Positions 22,701-37,700 of a stretch of DNA of 64,000 nucleotides are shown here, one piece after another. Source of the stretch: Auanema rhodensis (taxonomy: Eukaryota > Animalia > Nematoda). Under the pieces are notes generated by a model. It saw only the letters and a program-made list of their open reading frames with translations, was not told the DNA's origin and did no database searches. The position numbers and the translations under genes are program-made. Position 1 is the first letter of the stretch. Each line of letters starts with the position of its first letter. The stretch is from NCBI GenBank assembly GCA_964057225.1, contig OZ059899.1, positions 20,522,001 to 20,586,000 of the forward strand, given 5' to 3'.

Positions 22701-25700
22701 TTAGTGTATGTTGAGTTTCCATGTACACTCAACATTGCTTCCAAAAACATTTTGACAAAAATTTTTCCGAAAAATTTTAAAATAATTTCGCAAAGAGTAG
22801 GTGTTTTTAGATTCCTTTTTTCAAGGCAAAGACGATGGACAATGTTATTCAACGAAAAAATTAATTCTGCAGGGTGAAAATCGAGGATATAAGTGTGAAC
22901 TTATATCAGTTGATATCTCGGTGCATTTTTAAGCTAGCGCAAATCTGATAACACAGATCGACGCAGCTTAAAAATCAGCATCGAATGCACTATACTACAT
23001 TGAGAAACGCTTGATACAAAAATTAGGTATGATCGTTTGAAAAATGATGCATTAGTGTATGTTGAGTTTCCATGTACACTCAACATTGCTTCCAAAAACA
23101 TTTTTACAAAAATTTTTCCGAAAAATTTCAAAATAATTTCGCAAAAAGTAGATGTTTTTAGATTCCTTTTTTCAAGGCAAAGACGATGGACAATGTTATT
23201 CAACGAAAAAATTAATTCTGCAGGGTGAAAATCGAGGATATAAGTGTGAACTTATATCAGTTGATATCTCGGTGCATTTTTAAGCTAGCGCAAATCTGAT
23301 AACACAGATCGACGCAGCTTAAAAATCCGCATCGAATGCACTATACTACATTGAGAAACGCTTAATACAAAACTTAGTTATGATCGTTTGAAAAATGATG
23401 CATTACTGTAAGTTGAGTTTCCATGTACACTCAACATTGCTTCCAAAAACATTTTGACAAAAATTTTTCCGAAAAATTTCAAAATAATTTCGCGAAAAGT
23501 AGATGTTTTTAGATTCCTTTTTCCAAGGCAAAAACGATGGACAATGTTATTCAACGAAAAAATTAATTCCGCAGGGTGAAAATCGAGGATATAAGTGTGA
23601 ACTTATATCAGTAGATATCTCGGTGCATTTTTAAGCTAGCGCAAATCTGATAACACAGATCGACGCAGCTTAAAAATCCGCATCGAATGCACTATACTAC
23701 ATTGAGAAACGCTTAATACAAAAGTTAGTTATGATCGTTTGAAAAATGATGCATTAGTGTATGTTGAGTTTCCATGTACACTCAACATTGCTTCCAAAAA
23801 CATTTTGACAAAAATTTTTCCGAAAAATTTCAAAATAATTTCGCAAAAATTAGATGTTTTTAGATTCCTTTTTTCAAGGCAAAGACGATGGACAATGTTA
23901 TTCAACGAAAAAATTAATTCTGCAGGGTGAAAATCGAGGATATAAGTGTGAACTTATATCAGTTGATATCTCGGTGCATTTTTAAGCTAGCGCAAATCTG
24001 ATAACACAGATCGACGCAGCTTAAAAATCCGCATCGAATGCACTATACTACATTGAGAAACGCTTAATACAAAAGTTAGTTATGATCGTTTGAAAAATGA
24101 TGCATTAGTGTATGTTGAGTTTCCATGTACACTCAACATTGCTTCCAAAAACATTTTGACAAAAATTTTTCCGAAAAATTTCAAAATAATTTCGCAAAAA
24201 TTAGATGTTTTTAGATTCCTTTTTTCAAGGCAAAGACGATGGACAATGTTATTCAACGAAAAAATTAATTCTGCAGGGTGAAAATCGAGGATATAAGTGT
24301 GAACTTATATCAGTTGATATCTCGGTGCATTTTTAAGCTAGCGCAAATCTGATAACACAGATCGACGCAGCTTAAAAATCCGCATCGAATGCACTATACT
24401 ACATTGAGAAACGCTTAATACAAAAATTAGTTATGATCGTTTGAAAAATGATGCATTAGTGTATGTTGAGTTTCCATGTACACTCAACATTGCTTCCAAA
24501 AACATTTTTACAAAAATTTTTCCGAAAAATTTCAAAATAATTTCGCAAAAAGTAGATGTTTTTAGATTCCTTTTTTCAAGGCAAAGACGATGGACAATGT
24601 TATTCAACGAAAAAATTAATTCTGCAGGGTGAAAATCGAGGATATAAGTGTGAACTTATATCAGTTGATATCTCGGTGCATTTTTAAGCTAGCGCAAATC
24701 TGATAACACAGATCGACGCAGCTTAAAAATCCGCATCGAATGCACTATACTGCATTGAGAAACGCTTAATACAAAAGTTAGTTATGATCGTTTGAAAAAT
24801 GATGCATTAGTGTATGTTGAGTTTCCATGTACACTCAACATTGCTTCCAAAAACATTTTGACAAAAATTTTTCCGAAAAATTTTAAAATAATTTCGCAAA
24901 GAGTAGGTGTTTTTAGATTCCTTTTTTCAAGGCAAAGACGATGGACAATGTTATTCATCGAAAAAATTAATTCTGCAGGGTGAAAATCGAGGATATAAGT
25001 GTGAACTTATATCAGTTGATATCTCGGTGCATTTTTAAGCTAGCGCAAATCTGATAACACAGATCGACGCAGCTTAAAAATCAGCATCGAATGCACTATA
25101 CTACATTGAGAAACGCTTGATACAAAAATTAGGTATGATCGTTTGAAAAATGATGCATTAGTGTATGTTGAGTTTCCATGTACACTCAACATTGCTTCCA
25201 AAAACATTTTTACAAAAATTTTTCCGAAAAATTTCAAAATAATTTCGCAAAAAGTAGATGTTTTTAGATTCCTTTTTTCAAGGCAAAGACGATGGACAAT
25301 GTTATTCAACGAAAAAATTAATTCTGCAGGGTGAAAATCGAGGATATAAGTGTGAACTTATATCAGTTGATATCTCGGTGCATTTTTAAGCTAGCGCAAA
25401 TCTGATAACACAGATCGACGCAGCTTAAAAATCAGCATCGAATGCACTATACTACATTGAGAACGCTTAATACAAAAGTTAGGTATGATCGTTTGAAAAA
25501 TGATGCATTAGTGTATGTTGAGTTTCCATGTACACTCAACATTGCTTCCAAAAACATTTTTACAAAAATTTTTCCGAAAAATTTCAAAATAATTTCGCAA
25601 AAAGTAGATGTTTTTAGATTCCTTTTTTCAAGGCAAAGACGATGGACAATGTTATTCAACGAAAAAATTAATTCTGCAGGGTGAAAATCGAGGATATAAG

Positions 25701-28700
25701 TGTGAACTTATATCAGTTGATATCTCGGTGCATTTTTAAGCTAGCGCAAATCTGATAACACAGATCGACGCAGCTTAAAAATCCGCATCGAATGCACTAT
25801 ACTGCATTGAGAAACGCTTAATACAAAAGTTAGTTATGATCGTTTGAAAAATGATGCATTAGTGTATGTTGAGTTTCCATGTACACTCAACATTGCTTCC
25901 AAAAACATTTTGACAAAAATTTTTCCGAAAAATTTTAAAATAATTTCGCAAAGAGTAGGTGTTTTTAGATTCCTTTTTTCAAGGCAAAGACGATGGACAA
26001 TGTTATTCAACGAAAAAATTAATTCTGCAGGGTGAAAATCGAGGATATAAGTGTGAACTTATATCAGTTGATATCTCGGTGCATTTTTAAGCTAGCGCAA
26101 ATCTGATAACACAGATCGACGCAGCTTAAAAATCAGCATCGAATGCACTATACTACATTGAGAACGCTTAATACAAAAGTTAGGTATGATCGTTTGAAAA
26201 ATGATGCATTAGTGTATGTTGAGTTTCCATGTACACTCAACATTGCTTCCAAAAACATTTTTACAAAAATTTTTCCGAAAAATTTCAAAATAATTTCGCA
26301 AAAAGTAGATGTTTTTAGATTCCTTTTTTCAAGGCAAAGACGATGGACAATGTTATTCAACGAAAAAATTAATTCTGCAGGGTGAAAATCGAGGATATAA
26401 GTGTGAACTTATATCAGTTGATATCTCGGTGCATTTTTAAGCTAGCGCAAATCTGATAACACAGATCGACGCAGCTTAAAAATCCGCATCGAATGCACTA
26501 TACTGCATTGAGAAACGCTTAATACAAAAGTTAGTTATGATCGTTTGAAAAATGATGCATTAGTGTATGTTGAGTTTCCATGTACACTCAACATTGCTTC
26601 CAAAAACATTTTGACAAAAATTTTTCCGAAAAATTTTAAAATAATTTCGCAAAGAGTAGGTGTTTTTAGATTCCTTTTTTCAAGGCAAAGACGATGGACA
26701 ATGTTATTCAACGAAAAAATTAATTCTGCAGGGTGAAAATCGAGGATATAAGTGTGAACTTATATCAGTTGATATCTCGGTGCATTTTTAAGCTAGCGCA
26801 AATCTGATAACACAGATCGACGCAGCTTAAAAATCAGCATCGAATGCACTATACTACATTGAGAACGCTTAATACAAAAGTTAGGTATGATCGTTTGAAA
26901 AATGATGCATTAGTGTATGTTGAGTTTCCATGTACACTCAACATTGCTTCCAAAAACATTTTTACAAAAATTTTTCCGAAAAATTTCAAAATAATTTCGC
27001 AAAAAGTAGATGTTTTTAGATTCCTTTTTTTAAGGCAAAGACGATGGACAATGTTATTCAACGAAAAAATTAATTCTGCAGGGTGAAAATCGAGGATATA
27101 AGTGTGAACTTATATCAGTTGATATCTCGGTGCATTTTTAAGCTAGCGCAAATCTGATAACACAGATCGACGCAGCTTAAAAATCCGCATCGAATGCACT
27201 ATACTGCATTGAGAAACGCTTAATACAAAAGTTAGTTATGATCGTTTGAAAAATGATGCATTAGTGTATGTTGAGTTTCCATGTACACTCAACATTGCTT
27301 CCAAAAACATTTTGACAAAAATTTTTCCGAAAAATTTTAAAATAATTTCGCAAAGAGTAGGTGTTTTTAGATTCCTTTTTTCAAGGCAAAGACGATGGAC
27401 AATGTTATTCAACGAAAAAATTAATTCTGCAGGGTGAAAATCGAGGATATAAGTGTGAACTTATATCAGTTGATATCTCGGTGCATTTTTAAGCTAGCGC
27501 AAATCTGATAACACAGATCGACGCAGCTTAAAAATCCGCATCGAATGCACTATACTACATTGAGAAACGCTTAATACAAAAATTAGTTATGATCGTTTGA
27601 AAAATGATGCATTAGTGTATGTTGAGTTTCCATGTACACTCAACATTGCTTCCAAAAACATTTTTACAAAAATTTTTCCGAAAAATTTCAAAATAATTTC
27701 GCAAAAAGTAGATGTTTTTAGATTCCTTTTTTCAAGGCAAAGACGATGGACAATGTTATTCAACGAAAAAATTAATTCTGCAGGGTGAAAATCGAGGATA
27801 TAAGTGTGAACTTATATCAGTTGATATCTCGGTGCATTTTTAAGCTAGCGCAAATCTGATAACACAGATCGACGCAGCTTAAAAATCCGCATCGAATGCA
27901 CTATACTGCATTGAGAAACGCTTAATACAAAAGTTAGTTATGATCGTTTGAAAAATGATGCATTAGTGTATGTTGAGTTTCCATGTACACTCAACATTGC
28001 TTCCAAAAACATTTTGACAAAAATTTTTCCGAAAAATTTTAAAATAATTTCGCAAAGAGTAGGTGTTTTTAGATTCCTTTTTTCAAGGCAAAGACGATGG
28101 ACAATGTTATTCATCGAAAAAATTAATTCTGCAGGGTGAAAATCGAGGATATAAGTGTGAACTTATATCAGTTGATATCTCGGTGCATTTTTAAGCTAGC
28201 GCAAATCTGATAACACAGATCGACGCAGCTTAAAAATCAGCATCGAATGCACTATACTACATTGAGAAACGCTTGATACAAAAATTAGGTATGATCGTTT
28301 GAAAAATGATGCATTAGTGTATGTTGAGTTTCCATGTACACTCAACATTGCTTCCAAAAACATTTTTACAAAAATTTTTCCGAAAAATTTCAAAATAATT
28401 TCGCAAAAAGTAGATGTTTTTAGATTCCTTTTTTCAAGGCAAAGACGATGGACAATGTTATTCAACGAAAAAATTAATTCTGCAGGGTGAAAATCGAGGA
28501 TATAAGTGTGAACTTATATCAGTTGATATCTCGGTGCATTTTTAAGCTAGCGCAAATCTGATAACACAGATCGACGCAGCTTAAAAATCCGCATCGAATG
28601 CACTATACTGCATTGAGAAACGCTTAATACAAAAGTTAGTTATGATCGTTTGAAAAATGATGCATTAGTGTATGTTGAGTTTCCATGTACACTCAACATT

Positions 28701-31700
28701 GCTTCCAAAAACATTTTGACAAAAATTTTTCCGAAAAATTTTAAAATAATTTCGCAAAGAGTAGGTGTTTTTAGATTCCTTTTTTCAAGGCAAAGACGAT
28801 GGACAATGTTATTCATCGAAAAAATTAATTCTGCAGGGTGAAAATCGAGGATATAAGTGTGAACTTATATCAGTTGATATCTCGGTGCATTTTTAAGCTA
28901 GCGCAAATCTGATAACACAGATCGACGCAGCTTAAAAATCAGCATCGAATGCACTATACTACATTGAGAAACGCTTGATACAAAAATTAGGTATGATCGT
29001 TTGAAAAATGATGCATTAGTGTATGTTGAGTTTCCATGTACACTCAACATTGCTTCCAAAAACATTTTTACAAAAATTTTTCCGAAAAATTTCAAAATAA
29101 TTTCGCAAAAAGTAGATGTTTTTAGATTCCTTTTTTCAAGGCAAAGACGATGGACAATGTTATTCAACGAAAAAATTAATTCTGCAGGGTGAAAATCGAG
29201 GATATAAGTGTGAACTTATATCAGTTGATATCTCGGTGCATTTTTAAGCTAGCGCAAATCTGATAACACAGATCGACGCAGCTTAAAAATCAGCATCGAA
29301 TGCACTATACTACATTGAGAACGCTTAATACAAAAGTTAGGTATGATCGTTTGAAAAATGATGCATTAGTGTATGTTGAGTTTCCATGTACACTCAACAT
29401 TGCTTCCAAAAACATTTTTACAAAAATTTTTCCGAAAAATTTCAAAATAATTTCGCAAAAAGTAGATGTTTTTAGATTCCTTTTTTCAAGGCAAAGACGA
29501 TGGACAATGTTATTCAACGAAAAAATTAATTCTGCAGGGTGAAAATCGAGGATATAAGTGTGAACTTATATCAGTTGATATCTCGGTGCATTTTTAAGCT
29601 AGCGCAAATCTGATAACACAGATCGACGCAGCTTAAAAATCAGCATCGAATGCACTATACTACATTGAGAACGCTTAATACAAAAGTTAGGTATGATCGT
29701 TTGAAAAATGATGCATTAGTGTATGTTGAGTTTCCATGTACACTCAACATTGCTTCCAAAAACATTTTTACAAAAATTTTTCCGAAAAATTTCAAAATAA
29801 TTTCGCAAAAAGTAGATGTTTTTAGATTCCTTTTTTCAAGGCAAAGACGATGGACAATGTTATTCAACGAAAAAATTAATTCTGCAGGGTGAAAATCGAG
29901 GATATAAGTGTGAACTTATATCAGTTGATATCTCGGTGCATTTTTAAGCTAGCGCAAATCTGATAACACAGATCGACGCAGCTTAAAAATCCGCATCGAA
30001 TGCACTATACTGCATTGAGAAACGCTTAATACAAAAGTTAGTTATGATCGTTTGAAAAATGATGCATTAGTGTATGTTGAGTTTCCATGTACACTCAACA
30101 TTGCTTCCAAAAACATTTTGACAAAAATTTTTCCGAAAAATTTTAAAATAATTTCGCAAAGAGTAGGTGTTTTTAGATTCCTTTTTTCAAGGCAAAGACG
30201 ATGGACAATGTTATTCAACGAAAAAATTAATTCTGCAGGGTGAAAATCGAGGATATAAGTGTGAACTTATATCAGTTGATATCTCGGTGCATTTTTAAGC
30301 TAGCGCAAATCTGATAACACAGATCTACGCAGCTTAAAAATCCGCATCGAATGCACTATACTACATTGAGAAACGCTTAATACAAAAATTAGTTATGATC
30401 GTTTGAAAAATGATGCATTAGTGTATGTTGAGTTTCCATGTACACTCAACATTGCTTCCAAAAACATTTTTACAAAAATTTTTCCGAAAAATTTCAAAAT
30501 AATTTCGCAAAAAGTAGATGTTTTTAGATTCCTTTTTTCAAGGCAAAGACGATGGACAATGTTATTCAACGAAAAAATTAATTCTGCAGGGTGAAAATCG
30601 AGGATATAAGTGTGAACTTATATCAGTTGATATCTCGGTGCATTTTTAAGCTAGCGCAAATCTGATAACACAGATCGACGCAGCTTAAAAATCCGCATCG
30701 AATGCACTATACTGCATTGAGAAACGCTTAATACAAAAGTTAGTTATGATCGTTTGAAAAATGATGCATTAGTGTATGTTGAGTTTCCATGTACACTCAA
30801 CATTGCTTCCAAAAACATTTTGACAAAAATTTTTCCGAAAAATTTTAAAATAATTTCGCAAAGAGTAGGTGTTTTTAGATTCCTTTTTTCAAGGCAAAGA
30901 CGATGGACAATGTTATTCAACGAAAAAATTAATTCTGCAGGGTGAAAATCGAGGATATAAGTGTGAACTTATATCAGTTGATATCTCGGTGCATTTTTAA
31001 GCTAGCGCAAATCTGATAACACAGATCTACGCAGCTTAAAAATCCGCATCGAATGCACTATACTACATTGAGAAACGCTTAATACAAAAATTAGTTATGA
31101 TCGTTTGAAAAATGATGCATTAGTGTATGTTGAGTTTCCATGTACACTCAACATTGCTTCCAAAAACATTTTTACAAAAATTTTTCCGAAAAATTTCAAA
31201 ATAATTTCGCAAAAAGTAGATGTTTTTAGATTCCTTTTTTCAAGGCAAAGACGATGGACAATGTTATTCAACGAAAAAATTAATTCTGCAGGGTGAAAAT
31301 CGAGGATATAAGTGTGAACTTATATCAGTTGATATCTCGGTGCATTTTTAAGCTAGCGCAAATCTGATAACACAGATCGACGCAGCTTAAAAATCCGCAT
31401 CGAATGCACTATACTGCATTGAGAAACGCTTAATACAAAAGTTAGTTATGATCGTTTGAAAAATGATGCATTAGTGTATGTTGAGTTTCCATGTACACTC
31501 AACATTGCTTCCAAAAACATTTTGACAAAAATTTTTCCGAAAAATTTTAAAATAATTTCGCAAAGAGTAGGTGTTTTTAGATTCCTTTTTTCAAGGCAAA
31601 GACGATGGACAATGTTATTCATCGAAAAAATTAATTCTGCAGGGTGAAAATCGAGGATATAAGTGTGAACTTATATCAGTTGATATCTCGGTGCATTTTT

Positions 31701-34700
31701 AAGCTAGCGCAAATCTGATAACACAGATCGACGCAGCTTAAAAATCAGCATCGAATGCACTATACTACATTGAGAAACGCTTGATACAAAAATTAGGTAT
31801 GATCGTTTGAAAAATGATGCATTAGTGTATGTTGAGTTTCCATGTACACTCAACATTGCTTCCAAAAACATTTTTACAAAAATTTTTCCGAAAAATTTCA
31901 AAATAATTTCGCAAAAAGTAGATGTTTTTAGATTCCTTTTTTCAAGGCAAAGACGATGGACAATGTTATTCAACGAAAAAATTAATTCTGCAGGGTGAAA
32001 ATCGAGGATATAAGTGTGAACTTATATCAGTTGATATCTCGGTGCATTTTTAAGCTAGCGCAAATCTGATAACACAGATCGACGCAGCTTAAAAATCAGC
32101 ATCGAATGCACTATACTACATTGAGAACGCTTAATACAAAAGTTAGGTATGATCGTTTGAAAAATGATGCATTAGTGTATGTTGAGTTTCCATGTACACT
32201 CAACATTGCTTCCAAAAACATTTTTACAAAAATTTTTCCGAAAAATTTCGAAAAAATTTCGCGAAAAGTAGATGTTTTTAGATTCCTTTTTTCAAGGCAA
32301 AGACGATGGACAATGTTATTCAACGAAAAAATTAATTCTGCAGGGTGAAAATCGAGGATATAAGTGTGAACTTATATCAGTTGATATCTCGGTGCATTTT
32401 TAAGCTAGCGCAAATCTGATAACACAGATCGACGCAGCTTAAAAATCCGCATCGAATGCACTATACTGCATTGAGAAACGCTTAATACAAAAGTTAGTTA
32501 TGATCGTTTGAAAAATGATGCATTAGTGTATGTTGAGTTTCCATGTACACTCAACATTGCTTCCAAAAACATTTTGACAAAAATTTTTCCGAAAAATTTT
32601 AAAATAATTTCGCAAAGAGTAGGTGTTTTTAGATTCCTTTTTTCAAGGCAAAGACGATGGACAATGTTATTCAACGAAAAAATTAATTCTGCAGGGTGAA
32701 AATCGAGGATATAAGTGTGAACTTATATCAGTTGATATCTCGGTGCATTTTTAAGCTAGCGCAAATCTGATAACACAGATCGACGCAGCTTAAAAATCCG
32801 CATCGAATGCACTATACTGCATTGAGAAACGCTTAATACAAAAATTAGGTATGATCGTTTGAAAAATGATGCATTAGTGTATGTTGAGTTTCCATGTACA
32901 CTCAACATTGCTTCCAAAAACATTTTTACAAAAATTTTTCCGAAAAATTTCAAAATAATTTCGCTAATAGTAGATGTTTTTAGATTTCTTTTTTCAAGGC
33001 AAAGACGATGGACAATGTTATTCAACGAAAAAATTAATTCTGCAGGGTGAAAATCGAGGATATAAGTGTGAACTTATAACAGTTGATATCTCGGTGCATT
33101 TTAAAGATAGCGCAAATCTGATAACACAGATCGACGCAGCTTAAAAATCCGCATCGAATGCACTATACTGCATTAAGAAACGCTTAATACAAAAGTTAGT
33201 TATGATCGTTTGAAAAATGATGCATTAGTGTATGTTGAGTTTCCATGTACACTCAACATTGCTTCCAAAAACATTTTGACAAAAATTTTTCCGAAAAATT
33301 TTAAAATAATTTCGCAAAGAGTAGGTGTTTTTAGATTCCTTTTTTCAAGGCAAAGACGATGGACAATGTTATTCAACGAAAAAATTAATTCTGCAGGGTG
33401 AAAATCGAGGATATAAGTGTGAACTTATATCAGTTGATATCTCGGTGCATTTTTAAGCTAGCGCAAATCTGATAACACAGATCGACGCAGCTTAAAAATC
33501 AGCATCGAATGCACTATACTACATTGAGAAACGCTTGATACAAAAATTAGGTATGATCGTTTGAAAAATGATGCATTAGTGTATGTTGAGTTTCCATGTA
33601 CACTCAACATTGCTTCCAAAAACATTTTGACAAAAATTTTTCCGAACAATTTCGAAAAAATTTCGCGAAAAGTAGATGTTTTTAGATTCCTTTTCTCAAG
33701 GCAAAGACGATGGACAATGTTATTCAACGAAAAAATTATTTCTGCAGGGTGAAAATCGAGGATATAAGTGTGAACTTATATCAGTTGATATCTCGGTGCA
33801 TTTTTAAGCTAGCGCAAATCTGATAACACAGATCGACGCAGCTTAAAAATCAGCATCGAATGCACTATACTACATTGAGAAACGCTTGATACAAAAATTA
33901 GGTATGATCGTTTGAAAAATGATGCATTAGTGTATGTTGAGTTTCCATGTACACTCAACATTGCTTCCAAAAACATTTTGACAAAAATTTTCCCGAAAAA
34001 TTTCTGAATAATTTCACAAAAAGTAGATGTTTTTAGATTCCTTTTTTCAAGACAAAGACGATGGACAATGTTATTCAACGAAAAAATCATTTCTTCAGGG
34101 TGAAAATCGAGGATATAAGTGTGAACCTATATCAGTTGATATCTCGGTGCATTTTTAAGCTAACTCAAATCTGATAACACAGATCGACGCAGCTTAAAAA
34201 TCCGCATCGAATGCATTAAACTACATTGAGAAACGCTTAATACAAAACTTAGTTATGATCGTTTGAAAAATGATGCATTACTGTAAGTTGAGTTTCCATG
34301 TACACTCAACATTGCTTCCAAAAACATTTTGACAAAAATTTTTCCGAAAAATTTCAAAATAATTTCGCGAAAAGTAGATGTTTTTAGATTCCTTTTTTCA
34401 AGGCAAAGACGATGGACAATGTTATTCAACGAAAAAATTAATTCTGCAGGGTGAAAATCGAGGATATAAGTGTGAACTTATATCAGTTGATATCTCGGTG
34501 CATTTTTAAGCTAGCGCAAATCTGATAACACAGATCGACGCAGCTTAAAAATCCGCATCGAATGCACTATACAACATTGAGAAACGCTTGATACAAAAAT
34601 TAGTTATGATCGTTTGAAAAATGATGCATTAGTGTATGTTGAGTTTCCATGTACACTCAACATTGCTTCCAAAAACATTTTTACAAAAATTTTTCCGAAA

Positions 34701-37700
34701 AATTTCAAAATAATTTCGCAAAAAGTAGATGTTTTTAGATTCCTTTTTTCAAGGCAAAGACGATGGACAATGTTATTCAACGAAAAAATTAATTCTGCAG
34801 GGTGAAAATCGAGGATATAAGTGTGAACTTATATCAGTTGATATCTCGGTGCATTTTTAAGCTAGCGCAAATCTGATAACACAGATCGACGCAGCTTAAA
34901 AATCCGCATCGAATGCACTATACTGCATTGAGAAACGCTTAATACAAAAGTTAGTTATGATCGTTTGAAAAATGATGCATTAGTGTATGTTGAGTTTCCA
35001 TGTACACTCAACATTGCTTCCAAAAACATTTTGACAAAAATTTTTCCGAAAAATTTTAAAATAATTTCGCAAAGAGTAGGTGTTTTTAGATTCCTTTTTT
35101 CAAGGCAAAGACGATGGACAATGTTATTCATCGAAAAAATTAATTCTGCAGGGTGAAAATCGAGGATATAAGTGTGAACTTATATCAGTTGATATCTCGG
35201 TGCATTTTTAAGCTAGCGCAAATCTGATAACACAGATCGACGCAGCTTAAAAATCAGCATCGAATGCACTATACTACATTGAGAAACGCTTGATACAAAA
35301 ATTAGGTATGATCGTTTGAAAAATGATGCATTAGTGTATGTTGAGTTTCCATGTACACTCAACATTGCTTCCAAAATATTTTTACAAAAATTTTTCCGAA
35401 AAATTTCAAAATAATTTCGCAAAAAGTAGATGTTTTTAGATTCCTTTTTTCAAGGCAAAGACGATGGACAATGTTATTCAACGAAAAAATTAATTCTGCA
35501 GGGTGAAAATCGAGGATATAAGTGTGAACTTATATCAGTTGATATCTCGGTGCATTTTTAAGCTAGCGCAAATCTGATAACACAGATCGACGCAGCTTAA
35601 AAATCAGCATCGAATGCACTATACTACATTGAGAACGCTTAATACAAAAGTTAGGTATGATCGTTTGAAAAATGATGCATTAGTGTATGTTGAGTTTCCA
35701 TGTACACTCAACATTGCTTCCAAAAACATTTTTACAAAAATTTTTCCGAAAAATTTCGAAAAAATTTCGCGAAAAGTAGATGTTTTTAGATTCCTTTTCT
35801 CAAGGCAAAGACGATGGACAATGTTATTCAACGAAAAAATTAATTCTGCAGGGTGAAAATCGAGGATATAAGTGTGAACTTATATCAGTTGATATCTCGG
35901 TGCATTTTTAAGCTAGCGCAAATCTGATAACACAGATCGACGCAGCTTAAAAATCCGCATCGAATGCACTATACTGCATTGAGAAACGCTTAATACAAAA
36001 GTTAGTTATGATCGTTTGAAAAATGATGCATTAGTGTATGTTGAGTTTCCATGTACACTCAACATTGCTTCCAAAAACATTTTGACAAAAATTTTTCCGA
36101 AAAATTTTAAAATAATTTCGCAAAGAGTAGGTGTTTTTAGATTCCTTTTTTCAAGGCAAAGACGATGGACAATGTTATTCAACGAAAAAATTAATTCTGC
36201 AGGGTGAAAATCGAGGATATAAGTGTGAACTTATATCAGTTGATATCTCGGTGCATTTTTAAGCTAGCGCAAATCTGATAACACAGATCGACGCAGCTTA
36301 AAAATCAGCATCGAATGCACTATACTACATTGAGAAACGCTTGATACAAAAATTAGGTATGATCGTTTGAAAAATGATGCATTAGTGTATGTTGAGTTTC
36401 CATGTACACTCAACATTGCTTCCAAAAACATTTTTACAAAAATTTTTCCGAAAAATTTCAAAATAATTTCGCTAAAAGTAGATGTTTTTAGATTCCTTTT
36501 TTCAAGGCAAAGACGATGGACAATGTTATTCAACGAAAAAATTAATTCTGCAGGGTGAAAATCGAGGATATAAGTGTGAACTTATAACAGTTGATATCTC
36601 GGTGCATTTTAAAGATAGCGCAAATCTGATAACACAGATCGACGCAGCTTAAAAATCCGCATCGAATGCACTATACTGCATTAAGAAACGCTTAATACAA
36701 AAGTTAGTTATGATCGTTTGAAAAATGATGCATTAGTGTATGTTGAGTTTCCATGTACACTCAACATTGCTTCCAAAAACATTTTGACAAAAATTTTTCC
36801 GAAAAATTTTAAAATAATTTCGCAAAGAGTAGGTGTTTTTAGATTCCTTTTTTCAAGGCAAAGACGATGGACAATGTTATTCAACGAAAAAATTAATTCT
36901 GCAGGGTGAAAATCGAGGATATAAGTGTGAACTTATATCAGTTGATATCTCGGTGCATTTTTAAGCTAGCGCAAATCTGATAACACAGATCGACGCAGCT
37001 TAAAAATCAGCATCGAATGCACTATACTACATTGAGAAACGCTTGATACAAAAATTAGGTATGATCGTTTGAAAAATGATGCATTAGTGTATGTTGAGTT
37101 TCCATGTACACTCAACATTGCTTCCAAAAACATTTTGACAAAAATTTTCCCGAAAAATTTCTGAATAATTTCACAAAAAGTAGATGTTTTTAGATTCCTT
37201 TTTTCAAGACAAAGACGATGGACAATGTTATTCAACGAAAAAATCATTTCTTCAGGGTGAAAATCGAGGATATAAGTGTGAACCTATATCAGTTGATATC
37301 TCGGTGCATTTTTAAGCTAACTCAAATCTGATAACACAGATCGACGCAGCTTAAAAATCCGCATCGAATGCATTAAACTACATTGAGAAACGCTTAATAC
37401 AAAACTTAGTTATGATCGTTTGAAAAATGATGCATTACTGTAAGTTGAGTTTCCATGTACACTCAACATTGCTTCCAAAAACATTTTGACAAAAATTTTT
37501 CCGAAAAATTTCAAAATAATTTCGCGAAAAGTAGATGTTTTTAGATTCCTTTTTTCAAGGCAAAGACGATGGACAATGTTATTCAACGAAAAAATTAATT
37601 CTGCAGGGTGAAAATCGAGGATATAAGTGTGAACTTATATCAGTTGATATCTCGGTGCATTTTTAAGCTAGCGCAAATCTGATAACACAGATCGACGCAG

